Assembly: GCF_006345805.1 (NCBI RefSeq)
Contig: NC_043003.1
Coordinates: 83,700,001 to 83,764,000 of the forward strand
Source: Octopus sinensis
Taxonomy: Eukaryota
Direction: 5' to 3'
DNA length: 64,000 nucleotides
Shown: positions 1-12,342 of the stretch, piece after piece
Layout of the letters: the number at the start of each line of letters is the position of its first letter
Numbering within the stretch: position 1 is the first letter of the stretch
Notes under the pieces: model-generated
Seen by the model: only the letters and a program-made list of their open reading frames with translations
What the model was told of the DNA's origin: nothing
The model's database searches: none
Program-made: the position numbers and the translations under genes

Positions 1-165
1 ACAGACACACAAACATATATGACGGGCTTCTTTCAGTTTCCGTCTGCGAAATCCACTCACAATGCTTTGCTCGGCCTGAGGTTATAGTAGAAGACACTTG
101 CCCAAGGTGCCACACAGTGGGACTGAACACAGAACCATGTGGTTAGTAAGCAATCTACTTACCAC
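1..165 (-). mobile_element. tRNA-derived SINE family A, 5' portion
   Basis: Reverse complement matches the plus-strand copies at 7255-7648 and 58760-59198 (gtggtaagtag...ggttcagtccc...ttgggcaagtgtcttctactata...gacggaaactgaaagaagcccgtc). Confidence 0.85.
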
Positions 166-199
166 AAAGACTCAGCGCTTTCAGATATTGTCGGTAAAT

Positions 200-1062
200 A
201 AGACTTTTAACCTAAGGTATTTTACCAGTGAACGTTCCTTGTAATCATTCAATTTCTTCTATGAGACCGGATGAGTTAGAAGATTATGAGTTTGCTGCAT
301 TTAAAGAAGTCGTTAGTGCCCTGAATCATCATGTTACCGTGTGTCAAATATTGCGATTTGGGTGAATTCGTTTGTAATGAAGATGCTGAAATTTTGAAGT
401 ACTAATTTTCATATTTTTTTCTGGTTTAGCTCCTAGCCATCGATATTTTTGAGTAATTCGTTCCCTGATGTATACGACGTATTATAGAAATCTATTTGCA
501 GTAATAGGTTGACTCCTACCGTATAGGGAGTTAAAGAACCATTCTCCGACATTTCCTGTGATACCAAGATTTCTTAAATTATGATAGCTGATTCCATGAT
601 CCGTCTTGTCAAACGCCTTATCGATTTAACAGTCAATGATCTTTCCTCTTAAGAGATTATTAGAGGTAGTGTTATGATGTTGTAAGCATTGTGACAGACA
701 ACTTCGTTCAGCCCGAAACCTATTCCGAGTGTCATCTAAGTTGTTTTCCCTCAGGTATGTTATTACTTTTTGTCTTCAGACAAGGCATTGGATAATTTTA
801 GACGTGTAAGACTTGAGGGAAACAGGTCTGTAATTTTTAGCTTCAGCACTGCTACCTCCTTTGTACCTATATAGGTTTTATTATAGCTTCTTTCAATAGT
901 CTCGGGAATATGAAGGTATCTGGCGACTTTTGAAATAGTACCTTTAATGATTTCATGAGGCGGTTTTTGCACGTTTTTTAGCAATATAATTAGAATACTA
1001 TCTGGTACAGATGCTGAGTTTGAGTCTAAATCACTAATAGCCGCAAGTATATCAACTTCCAT
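200..1062 (-). pseudogene. Old LINE reverse transcriptase remnant (CR1/L2/Jockey group)
   Basis: Minus translation shows EVDILAAISDLDSNSASVPDSI (ORF 763-1062), then FRAERSCLSQ and IDKAFDKTDHGI...LRNLGITGNVGEW, with stops and frameshifts. Confidence 0.7.
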
Positions 1063-1084
1063 GATATTAATTTTAAGTTGTGTC

Positions 1085-1700
1085 TCTGCACTTGAGTTGT
1101 GGGGTCAAAGAATTCGCTTGGGTTATGCACGGGGCTGGGATACGGACGGAGAGTACAGCCTTCCGCCCGTTGAAACGAAAGTGTCGGGGATAAAGTTTGC
1201 GATCATGTCCACGAAGACCTCTATCCGGCGCTGGGGTGAAAATCTCCGCAAATGGTAAGTTTACATGTCCGTTGAAGATGTTGAAAGCTGGATGAGATCT
1301 CCATGCATCCTCCGTCGTTCGAGTGAAGGCAATGCCAGCCGTTGGGGACGTTCCTCTTACGCAAGCTTAGACAAGCCCGCGCCCATTCGGGTTGCCAAGT
1401 GTTGAACCCGTTCCAGGTGTTGAATGTCTTTCTGGAGATATGGGTTTGAGTTATGGATGCAATATTCGAGGATGGGTCGAACTAGAGTGATGTATACAGG
1501 CTAAAAGACGTCCATTTGAAAGGATCGGTGGATGAGGAAAAGATTCCTTCTGGCTTTGCGAAGTACAAAAATACCACACCCACCAAGTCTTTTTCAGCCA
1601 TGGTCCTTGTAATCCATTCTTCAAGAAGGAGAAGATTTGTTAGGCAAGATCTTCGGGGTAGAAATCCATGCTGCGAGTCGGATATATATTTGTACCATAT
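1085..1700 (-). mobile_element. CR1-like LINE fragment with an internal deletion, nested in the older LINE
   Basis: SDSQHGFLPRRSCLTNLLLLEEWIT...FAKA is joined directly to RRNLFLIHRSF...LVRPILEYCI...PYLQKDIQHLERVQHLATRM...LPSLERRRMHGDLI. Confidence 0.75.
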
Positions 1701-2000
1701 ACAGATAATTGTATAATGCTTTGGTTGGATATAGCTGTGGGAATGAATTGAACATTGTGAATAAAGACAAAGTCGAGTATGTTATTTTCCCCTAATTGGA
1801 CGGGTAATAATGTATGGGAAAATCTTTTGTTGTATCGAGGAAAGCGTTCGTATCCCTCCACTTCGGTTGCTTAGCTCCAGGCTGGATATAATCCTCGGAT
1901 CAGCTAAGATTAATAAAATTAAAGACCCCTGTTAAAAGCATATTAGCCCGTATGCTGGCCTCAGCTAGGGTTAGACTTATGAGCGAAAAAAGCACCTCTT
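1700..2000 (-). pseudogene. Apurinic-like endonuclease C-terminal remnant of the older LINE
   Basis: LPVQLGENNILDFVFIHN resembles the PTRxxNILDLVFTN motif that ends LINE APE domains. Confidence 0.45.
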
Positions 2001-2760
2001 TGTGGTTAACCGCGACAGGATGACGGTAGGTAATGCTTTTAATATCATTTCCTTTTTATATAGATTAGTCTGAAATTGTCGAATACATTTCTTCGCAAAT
2101 TAGGTAACTTCGGAGTTGGTCTGCAATCATTTATAGTCAAATGTTTCCTTTCAAAATCTTAAAAAAATTTTTTTTTATGAGCAATAAATATCAAGGCATT
2201 TAACAATGAGCATTAAATATCAAACATAAAAATAAATCATTTTGTTCCCTTGTCAAACTTTGGACCTAACAACCTAAGTGAGAAAACTGAAATGACTGAA
2301 ATAATTTTAAAAGGGCTTTTATTTTTAGGCTGAGGTCAAACAGTCGAATCCATTCAACCATGTCGTCAGTCTTTAGCGACATCAACTACAAAGAGGACCA
2401 AGTATGAAGAGTAGCCGTAGATGCTGGTCATGTTTGTTGTTCTTGTTTGCTGCTACTGTTGTTGTTGTCACATAATTTATTTTTTTCTCTTGACGCTACT
2501 TTGCTTCAGAAGTTGGTCAGTCATAAATTTCCTAGCCCAGCTTCATCACTTTTATTCATTTATTTTTGTTTTTTGTTTTTGCTTTGAAACGAAATCTAGC
2601 TTCAAGCATCTTATACAGATAACTTTTTAGACACTATTTTCCGAAACTGGTAAAATTATGTAGGGGGTGCAAATTTTGATCTTGCACCACCTGAAAATTC
2701 CAAGGAGTGCAGGTGCACCCGCTGCACCCCCTGTTCCCGGGCCCTTGGTATATATATATA

Positions 2761-2975
2761 CACTCTTTTACTCTTTTACTTGTTTCAGTCATTTGACTGT
2801 GGCCATGCTGGAGCACCGCCTTTAGTCGAGCAAATCGACCCCAGGACTTATTCTTTGTAAGCCTGGTACTTATTCTATCGGTATCTTTTTGCCGAACCGC
2901 TAAGTTACGGGGACGTAAACACACCAGCATCGGTTGTCAAGTGATGTTGGGGAGACAAACACAGACACATAAACA
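2761..2975 (-). mobile_element. SINE family A, 3' half
   Basis: ctcttttactcttttacttgtttcagtcatttgactg...acaaacacagacac is the reverse complement of 7440-7648. Confidence 0.85.
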
Positions 2976-3120
2976 ATTTTATTAGGTCATTCAATTTTTC
3001 TCAACTAATCAATAGACCAATTGAGTGAACCTATCAGTAACGTGCCTATAAAGACTACTGGAAACAGCTGTAAGCCAAATTTACGTTAATAAAAGTAAAA
3101 TATTTAATGACCATTATTTA
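2976..3120 (+). repeat. Dispersed repeat carrying GGAAACAGCTGTAAG; second copy at about 37320-37470
   Basis: The two copies align by eye. The motif is shared with the Penelope-type terminus at 11617-11664. Confidence 0.5.
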
Positions 3121-3330
3121 TAACTCGTCTGACATATCACTCTGTGTAAAAATCAGTTTGTCTGGAGCCCAACCACGGATTTACAATAGAGAATTGTGCA
3201 GAACTATAACTTCAGACCCTACCATAAGAATACTTAGAGCTCTTTATTAATCTAAACAATGTGCCATCACAGAGCTTATGAAATATTTTTGCCTGGATTA
3301 ATTAATAATCCCTTACTACTAGCTCATATA

Positions 3331-3361
<31 letters not shown>

Positions 3362-5242
3362 ATATTAATATTGTTCTTTCTTAAGAAATATATAGAGCTG
3401 CTAAAAAGAAGTGCTCGGGTCGAACCCGAAACAAAAGATTTATCAATTTTTCTACCAGTACATGAACTCTAGAAACGGCCGTTGAAAGTGAATCCCTCTG
3501 AAGTGTATTATATACCTTATATACCATTTATATTATTAAAAAACACACCAAACTCTATGGGTCTTTTAATCGAAACTCTTAACCGCTCTTAATTTCAGTA
3601 CAAAAAATTTTTTTCAGTCCTCTATTTCTCTTACTTCCTTCCATATGTATCCCACATGGGTTTTATTAACATTTATCTTTATGTATATTTATAAATATAT
3701 TTATATTTTATAAATAAATTTAAAAGTTTTCATATGTGTCGATATGTATTAATATATGTAATACGCATTTTAAGTCGAATTTATAAATGTATGAGTATGA
3801 TAGTCTAATTTGAGTTTATATATATATATATATATAGTCAACAGATGAGATCCAGAGATTTTCAGTATAGAAAAACACTTAGTGGCGCTCAAATTATTCG
3901 AACTTAGATTCCGATGTCCTTACAAGGGACCGATTCCACAGGGTAAAGAGTGACTATAATAGGAATCAAGGTGAGCACATATCGAGGTAATTATGTGAAT
4001 AAACAAATTCAAAATAAAGGCTTGGGTTTGATATGCAAAATATGTGTATATGTATACATGTTTAGCGAGAGAGGTCGCTAATAAAACGTCAACACTTTAA
4101 TAATTGGACTGAACCATTAATCCAATAACCATGAAATACGTCTGTGCAGTAAAGAACGACAACACTCGTTCTGTGTGAATAACTTCACGTTCAAAGTTTT
4201 ATTCAGACGCGTGACAAATGGACGCGTACAGCAAGTATACAATGTTCAATAAAGATTTATGGAAAGAAGAAAAGTTTCTAACAACTTGTCATGTTCTATG
4301 ATAACTTTGAGTAAATAGATATGAATGAAGCTACAAGATTTACTCTTCCACATGCATTAGGCGTAGAATACCATGGCGAGCTACTGGTAGGAAATTAGAT
4401 ATTGAATTCATGTGCCTGGCTCTCTCGTGGTCGCGGTGGACCTTGTCGTGTCTCGAAGAAGCAGTTAGAGAAGAGAGATTGTTTGAACAAGTGTTCACGC
4501 TTAAATAGGTGATGTGCTACTAGCGACCTCCTGCATGTGTCGTTTAGGAGTTATGCCTCTGGTAAATTAACGAAGGGGGAGTTGACCATGTTCGCCTGGA
4601 TTGTCCTGGAATATTCTAGATTGTTCGATCAGAAGAGATAACTGTCGTTGACTCCCATTGAATATTTTTGTGGGCTTGCGAATCTGTTTCAATTAGCGCT
4701 ACCTACATTACTCTCCCCCAGACCGAAAGGAGTGAAAAGGTCGAATAGGCAAAGAGTTAAACTGTAGGCAATGAAACAGGTGAATGCCCGTTCTACACAA
4801 AGAGTATGGGGGAAAGGTTAAATCACGGATGATGGCAAATGTAAACAATGCATGCAAACACAAGATTATGCGAATAAAAGAATAGAAACATGTAAAGACA
4901 AACGCATATAACATACGAAATATATGTAATAATATATGCAAAAGAAGATGCAGTAAAACAGTTTGTTAAATCGTACAGTTTGTTCAAAACAGGTGGTGTA
5001 TCAACAGGCACAGTTTATGTTAATACGAAAAGGTGATTAAACACAGATAGTTTTGGACAGTTTATGTGGCCAAGTTACAGTTCTACCACTTCGTGTGAAA
5101 TAAAGTGGAACGAAATGTGGTGTTTGCGAATGTCGTTTGGAAGCCTGTAAGGATGTTTGAGGTTGCTGTGAAGTTTTTGTTGCTGGAGTGAATGTGACAG
5201 GTGTGTCAGGTAGTGGAATAAGACTTTCAGAGAAATCCTTCT

Positions 5243-6239
5243 TTACTTTGTCAATAGATACCGTCTCTTTCCGATCGTTAATGTCCACGGTGAAAAGTTC
5301 TGGTGTGTGGAAAAGCACACGGAAAGGCATGTGATGGCATTGAGGCGTCTGAAATTCCCAACTGGTCGGAAGTCTGCGGACCCCCTTTTGCTTGCATTGT
5401 GTAAAGATGACGCCCATGGGCTTGTGAATGGACGTATAAGGCCAAGTTGGAACATATGTTCAAATCTAGCTCGAGCTGCCTTAAGCTTGTCCGGTGCCAA
5501 CCGTCGCTGGCGAGACAAAAACAGGAGGTCCTTTCGTGGAGATGAAGTGTCTTGAATGAACGGGCTCGGTTGGTTTAAACAAATCAGTAAGCTCCGGAAA
5601 AGAAGCAAGCAAAGTGTGGTACGGGTCTCCTGAGGTGGCAACGAAGAAAGAGGGACTTGCAGGAGCGACAGTAGAAATCTTCGTAGGAGTTGATAAGGAG
5701 GTGGTATCGTCGAGAAGCCGCAGCCTTCTCACATCAACCAATAATGAGTAATGGTGTAGAAAATCCGCACTCAATATTGGGTAAGGCAGATCCACGATTA
5801 CGAAAATCCATTTAAAATTTCTACGTAGAGATAAATTCACAGATAAGGAAATCTGTCCATAGGTTCGGATAGTAGAGTAGTTAACAGCATACAAAGAAAT
5901 ATCAGAAAGTTGAGGCCTAATCGAGGTGAAACATAAAGGATAAATACTGATGCTGGCTCCCGTGTCGACTATGAGACGCTTAGAGGAGTTGACGTCTCTA
6001 ACAAAAAAAATACAGGATGTGGAGTAGAACGAAGTGCGGGGACGGCTGATGTGCTCAGGGTCTCCCGGTCTGGTTTCCTTGTGGGGACGTGCCTTGTCAC
6101 CAAATCGTCGATGGTACCAACACAGCGTGTCGGACGAAGTAATGGCACGCTGGGGAGAAGAACGATGCCTAAGACGATTCCTGGAAGACGATCGGGAAGA
6201 AGCAGTTAGAGAAGAGAGGCTGTTTGAACGGGTGTTCAC
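5243..6239 (-). pseudogene. pol: gag C-terminus, aspartic protease and RT N-terminus remnant
   Basis: ORFs 5481-6239 and 5243-5641; DTG protease motif; frameshifted and truncated. Confidence 0.8.
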
Positions 6240-6288
6240 GCTTAAATAGGCGATGTGCTATTCGCGACCTCGTTTAGGAGTTATACCT

Positions 6289-6705
6289 ATTTCGTTACTA
6301 CCCACAGGGGCTAAACACAGAGGGGACAAACAAGGACAGACAAACGGATTAAGTTGATTGCATTGACCCCAGTGCGTAACTGGGACTTAATTTATCGACC
6401 CCGAAAGGATGAAAGGCAAAGTCGACCTCGGCGGAATTTGAACTCAGAACGTAGCGGCAGACGAAATACCTATTTCTTGACTACCCACAAGGGGCTAAAC
6501 ACAGAAAGGACAAACAAGGACAGACAAACGGATTAAGTCGATTACATCGACCCCAGTGCGTAACTGGGACTTAATTTATCGACCCCGAAAGGATAAAAGG
6601 CAAAGTCGACCTCGGTGGAATTTGAACTCAGAACGTAACGGCAGACGAAATACGGCTACGCATTTCGCCCGGCGTGCTAACGTTTCTGCCAGCTCACCGC
6701 CTTAC
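6289..6705 (-). mobile_element. tRNA-derived SINE family B, 1.8-mer, inserted in the 5' LTR
   Basis: 13-bp TSD aggagttatacct at 6276-6288 and 6706-6718; Pol III A/B boxes (gagctggcagaaacg, gagttcaaattcc); body repeated in tandem. Confidence 0.9.
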
Positions 6706-6982
6706 AGGAGTTATACCTCTGGTAAATTAGCGAAGAGAGAGTTAACCATGTTCGCTTGGATTGTCCTGGAATATTATAGCTTGCTCGATCAGGAGAGATA
6801 GAGATAACGGCCGTTGACTCACAACGAATATTTTTGTGGACTTGCGAATCTGTTTCAATTAGCGTTGCCTACACGTGCAAAATGAGAGCAACCAAAGACT
6901 GGGAGTTTCAGTCGATAAATATTTAAGTATAAATATATAATAGGTATATAAATACACGTACACACAAACATACACTCTCTCT

Positions 6983-7018
<36 letters not shown>

Positions 7019-7254
7019 TCCCTCTCTCTCTCATATAAATATTTTTTAATATTTCGCTTAGGCATGGCGAGACACATATACACGTATATACTTTTATTAA
7101 AGCCGATAACAATTGTCCGATGAACAGTAAGTAATTGTTAGTGAATCTTTTTTTTTCGGTTTTAATAAAAGCCTATTACTCTACGTCCAGTATTCAAGTA
7201 CTATTTTTACCACCTTGTTTTTCATTTATGTGCTTATTCATGTGTGTGTGTGTA

Positions 7255-7648
7255 TACGCATGTGTGGTAAGTAGCTTGCTAACCAACCACATGGTTCCGT
7301 GTTCAGTCCCACTGCGTGGCATCTTGAGCAAGTGTCTTCTGCTATAGCCCCGGGCCGACCAATGCCTTGTGAGTGGATTTGGTAGACGGAAACTGAAAGA
7401 AGCCTGTCGTATATATGTATATATATATGTGTGTGTTTGTGTGCCTGTGTTTGTCCCGCTAGCATTGCTTGACAACCGATGCTGGTGTGTTTACGTCCCC
7501 GTCACTTAGCGGTTCGGCAAAAGAGACCGATAGAATAAGTACTGGGCTTACAAAGAATAAGTCCCGGGGCCGATTTTCTCGACTAAAGGCGGTGCTCCAG
7601 CATGGCCGCAGTCAAATGACTGAAACAAGTAAAAGAGTAAAAGAGAGA
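7255..7648 (+). mobile_element. SINE family A, near full length
   Basis: tRNA-like head with B box ggttccgtgttcagtccc, central (TA/TG)n, tail aaaagagtaaaagag; at least 7 copies in the window. Confidence 0.9.
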
Positions 7649-7649
<1 letters not shown>

Positions 7650-7706
<57 letters not shown>

Positions 7707-7800
7707 CACATACACTCACAAACGTACACACACACATACATACATGCATGTATGCATACATACATACATACATACATACATACATACATACATACACACA
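7650..7800. repeat. (TA)n and (TACA)n microsatellites
   Basis: Seen directly; another (TACA)n at 8346-8495. Confidence 0.95.
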
Positions 7801-8968
7801 TGGTGGCTTCCCCCTCGCTATCGAGTATGGCCATTGCACGAAGCTTAATCAATGTTGTTATCGTGCAATGCCTGTGCAAGAAGATTTTTTTTTAAGTGAG
7901 GAAAGGCTGTGCACTGAGTCAATCTCACTCACTAAGCAACAGCAGTCATAATCCGAAAAGAAGAACAAGTCAACATCATCGGTAACCACTGAGCCGCAGG
8001 TTTTATGTCGGAGTTATCCCAGTTACCTCAGTTACCTTCTAGAAGGATGTCCTAACAAAGGCTAGGAGTCCTTCACTTCCAATGGTTTAACCGCGCGATC
8101 GGGTATTCGGTCCGATTATTTCTATGTCCCCGCGCATGATACAGCCCTAAGACATTTATTGGATGGATGGCTGTTGACTCTCAAGAGTTTCTCCGCCCTT
8201 TGACGGTTTTTTTTTCATCCCGCAGGGTGTCCAATAAACACCCTCCTCACCAAGCAAGCTTGGTGGGGTTGCCGGTTTAGTCGCCGACGACCCGACCATT
8301 CAACAGGTTGTACTGGGTTACATGTTACCAGTAGCACTCGAAAGTGACCTATACATACATACATACATACATACATACATACATACATACATACATACAT
8401 ACATACATGCATGCATACATACATAAATACATACATACATACATACATACATACATACATACATACATACATACATACATACATGCATACATACATGTCT
8501 TTACACTTTTAAGAAACCAGCTTTGACATTTTTGAACTGGAGATCAACTGCTTATTATGTAACATAGAAATGACTCACAAACTCTTCAGAACATACAGAA
8601 AAGAAAAAGAAGCAAAGATAAAAAGCCATCTGACTCAGTCGCTCATAAACTGACAAGTAACAAGTCCCACGAAACATAAAAGAAACATGGGAAAGTTTCC
8701 CGACCTTTGCCTCTTGATTAATAAATACGAAGACAAACTAATGGTTTGTAATCATTGTTTGTTCGCAACGGTGTTGAACAAGTTTGACATGTCTCAAAAT
8801 TATATAATTTTTTTTATTGAACATGCCAGTTTGTCAACTCTCCTTTCAATGTCCACTGGTAGCTCCACCCCTGTCCCCTGCCAAGATAGGTGGGTAGGAT
8901 TTCCCAAACACTGAGCTTGTCGATCGCCAACACATTATTTGGTAGTGAGGCGCTATCTCTTTTCGCTG

Positions 8969-9001
<33 letters not shown>

Positions 9002-11364
9002 TATTTATCACTCTCATCCCTCTCACTCTTTATCACTCCCCACCTCTCTCTTTTTATCACATCCCTCTCTCTCTCTCTCTCTCTCTCTCTCCTGTCTCTC
9101 CTTCTCTCTCCCTCTTTCTGTATGATTTATCTAGCTACTTCACAATGATCAGTTCACTCCTTTGCCTTAAACTATTAGATAATTAATCATATTAGTTATT
9201 AATCATATTAGTAAAATATCTCCGTGACGTTTTTTTACTCTTTTCGTATGCAAAATCTCTGCCAACTGATCGATTACATTTGTAAAGGTACTTAGCATTC
9301 GAAACTGCGTCAGCTCTGTGACAGACGTTGGACACAACTCATATCACGTGATCTTAGCTTACGCTTCAACCATTCCTACTTCAGGTACATTCGTATGATC
9401 ACATGATTTGAATGGAAATTTCCACGCAGTTTCCTGCCCTGCCAAAACATGACCAAAGATAGAGACGCACGGGACAAGCAGCGCAGAGGTTCAAAACAAA
9501 GCAAAGGCTTCGTAGAGAATTCTTGCTCAGTCATGCCACTCTATTTCGGCTTAAGAACGATTTCATGACATTCTCATCTCTCACCTCTCGCCACCACGAC
9601 CATTTAACGATTTCACTTTTTTCCAAACATACGTTATCACATTTCTGCTGTTCAGCAACACAGATTTACCAAGTAACCTTCGTAACGTCAATATGGAAAT
9701 AAAAATAATTCATTAAGACAGAATATTGCGGTTGGTTTTATGTGGAAAAACGACATGCTACCTGAATAAATTATCTAACTCCCATCTAACCCAAGTAACA
9801 CGTAATGACCCTCCAACGATACAACAAAATCTGTTTCAATCATTAATTTCTTAAATGTAACCTCCTTTTCTGTCGGAATCGCTGAAATTTATTGCTACTT
9901 TTAGATTTCTAAGCGTTATTTCGTACATTCTTCATCATGCTATGGCTAACTACATCTTTCACCATGTCATGGCTAACTACACACAAACACATGCACATTC
10001 TACTGCTACTATACTTGAAGCTCGAGCAGTCTCATGTCACCTCTATTTGCCGCCTTTTTTCATCATCTATAGGATGTCTTAGCACTTTATGCACACATAC
10101 ATACATACACCACACTAATCCCTGCGCTCCATCTTTGCTCTCCAGAATATCAATCCCATGAAATTCGTTCAAAAAAATGTGAATGTAACAATAAAAACAG
10201 GTGTAGACTCATGTCTTGAAACTTTCAAACATCACGCGCACGCACGCACATACATCGTAATCATCATAACTGTTGTCATCATTGCCATTTTACATCTGCT
10301 TTCCATGCTAGCATGGGTTAGAAAAGTCGTCATGTCTTGAGTTAAAGTCAATGCCTGCTCGGAGTAACTATTTTTTTTGCATATGTCTAAGTCTTACGTT
10401 TCGCTAGAGTCAAGGCTGGATATTTACTGTGCTATTGATACAGAAACATGACATTAATGACATAAATTCCAGAGAATTTTTTTTTTATTCTTGAGACTAT
10501 ATTTTTGGAGTCGGTCGCGATTGCAGTTAGAAGTTTGGTTACCTTCGTGGCGGTTATTCGAAACCTAATTGCTAGATACTCAATCAGACACCACGAGTGA
10601 ATCATTATAGTTTCATGTGATCGGTCTAGTAATCAACAAATCAGTATAAGGATGTGGCGTGATATGGCTTTCTTGAACGTCTTAGAATCTGGCTTCTGGT
10701 TCCCTATAAAAATCGTTTGACATGTAGGTTAGATTGCTGACGGCTAACGGACTTCTGTCATCACAGAGATTTGCGCAGTTGACTTCTGATATTTTGAACT
10801 GACTGCATGCTGTCACAGATAGTTTTCGATAACTCCAGAGAAGTCTGTCTCTTTCCCAGTCGGCAATTATTAACATTGTTCATTGGAAGTAGCAATGTCC
10901 GAAAATAGATATATATATATGTTAAATGTTCGCGAGTTTGCTTCAGTTATTATCCATGCAGCCAATGAAATATAGTAACATTCCCTGCTTTAATTAAGCT
11001 ATCACACACTCTGTTGGTTGGTGTGTGTGAGTGTGTGTGTGTCTGTGTGTGTGTGTGTGTTATACACAAGTAAAGGAACAAACAACAGAAAGTAGCACTC
11101 GATACTTGGCTCGAGTTACGTGTGTTTAATGACAGTTTGACTCAGTTCCACGTTACTTGAAGTTTCTTGGGTGGAGAACACATCCACCTATTCGACGACC
11201 GAACCCCAAAATCCGACGAGCTGAACCCTCCTTGCGCCCACAAATATTTAAGTAATGTGAATCTGAGTCAAGCTATAATCTATCTCTCCCTCACCCGCCC
11301 TCCTACCTGTCTGTCTGTCTATCTATCTAGCTAGCTTGTTATCTATCTATCTGCACACATGTAT

Positions 11365-11399
<35 letters not shown>

Positions 11400-11616
11400 G
11401 ATTATGAGAGGTAATGGTGTCAAGAAGACCTAAAGGTGTCAGGTAATGCTGAGTAAGTGCTATAGACAGACTATAGTTAAGCTCAAGGTTCGGTGATTAT
11501 GCAAATGAGGAGTCCAACGTAGATCATATATCAGCATGCGTATATATAAAAAAAATTAACACAATGAGATAAAAATCCAAGGCTGTGAAAGATTACAGAG
11601 CATTTATAAAGAGAAG

Positions 11617-11664
11617 GTCTTACAGCTGTTTCCAAGATATTTTATATAATCCTTCATCGGAGAC
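11617..11664 (-). ncRNA. Minimal type I hammerhead ribozyme motif (U4C variant)
   Basis: GTCT-CCGATGA-AGGAT..ATCTT-G-GAAA-CAGCTG-TA^-AGAC: stem I GTCT/AGAC, palindromic stem III, GUA site. Confidence 0.6.
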
Positions 11665-11940
11665 AGTGTGAGAAAATGGTTAAGCAATAGTTATTCTAGA
11701 GAATATATGAAATAGAGAGTGGAGGAATGAAAACAGACGTAAGATATGCAGGGATATTGTATCTGCAGTTCCATTATTTAGGCAGAATGGTATACATATA
11801 AATTTCCTGTACATTGTATGTAAGTTCCAATAGTATTTAAAATTGGTCATTCCAAGCATAGAGTTTGTAGACGGTGTTATTGAATCGAGGGTGTTTTTGA
11901 AGAGACTTAAAAGTTGGGAATGTGTTTGAAAGTTCAAATC
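11617..11940 (-). mobile_element. Penelope-like element 3' fragment with terminal-repeat motif
   Basis: Degenerate ORF ending PFCLNNGTADTISLHIL, resembling the end of a GIY-YIG domain, followed by a hammerhead-shaped terminus. Confidence 0.55.
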
Positions 11941-12067
11941 AAAAACTGGAAGAGAGGAAAAAAAGAAAAGCGGGGAGAGCGATAATAAAGAAATGAAGAG
12001 GGGGAAAGTGTACTGGTTAGTGGTCAGTCAGGATAAATTGATAGAAGGAATGGGGAGGTGAGGGTGA

Positions 12068-12342
12068 TGTGGTGTGGTGATGAAGGAGTGTGACGGGACG
12101 GGCAGGAGCGGAAGTGATGCTTACAGGTCTTGCAGGGCGCATGCGCCGGCGGAAGCGGAAGCGACAGACTCAACGCACGTGCGGCATCGACCGGCTGCGA
12201 CAGACCCCAGCAATGCACCGAGACGACAACACGCGAGCAAGTTGGCTGAAGGCCATCCGACTTCATCCCCTGTCAGGTAAGACCTTATTGCACTTCTGTT
12301 TCCTATTTCCTTGTTTCCGTTGTGCTCCTTTCATCAACCACA
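12068..12342 (+). repeat. 5' LTR
   Basis: Differs from 16054-16328 at 3 positions by manual comparison. Confidence 0.97.

Larger units (their letters stand above)
4059..6873 (-). mobile_element. Internally deleted Ty3/Gypsy element, CsRn1/Boudicca-like
   Basis: LTR copies at 4059?-4707 and 6196-6873; PPT gggggagag at 4711-4719 next to TG; gag CWYHRRFGDKAR, protease LIVDTGA, RT start RRLAPDKL...FRRLNAIT, integrase tail TVSIDKVK/TRSGRTV. The left end is uncertain and no TSD was found. Confidence 0.8.

Noticed and set aside
2640-2745. GC-rich end resembling a DNA-transposon TIR
   Set aside because: No partner TIR or TSD found in the window.
7469-8526. ORFs with YIYI, MYVC and similar runs, and other homopolymeric ORFs across the window
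   Set aside because: They are translations of microsatellites and SINEs.
9200-9720. Host promoter or first exon
   Set aside because: CpG-containing, but no coherent ORF or splice pattern; may be an unrecognised repeat.
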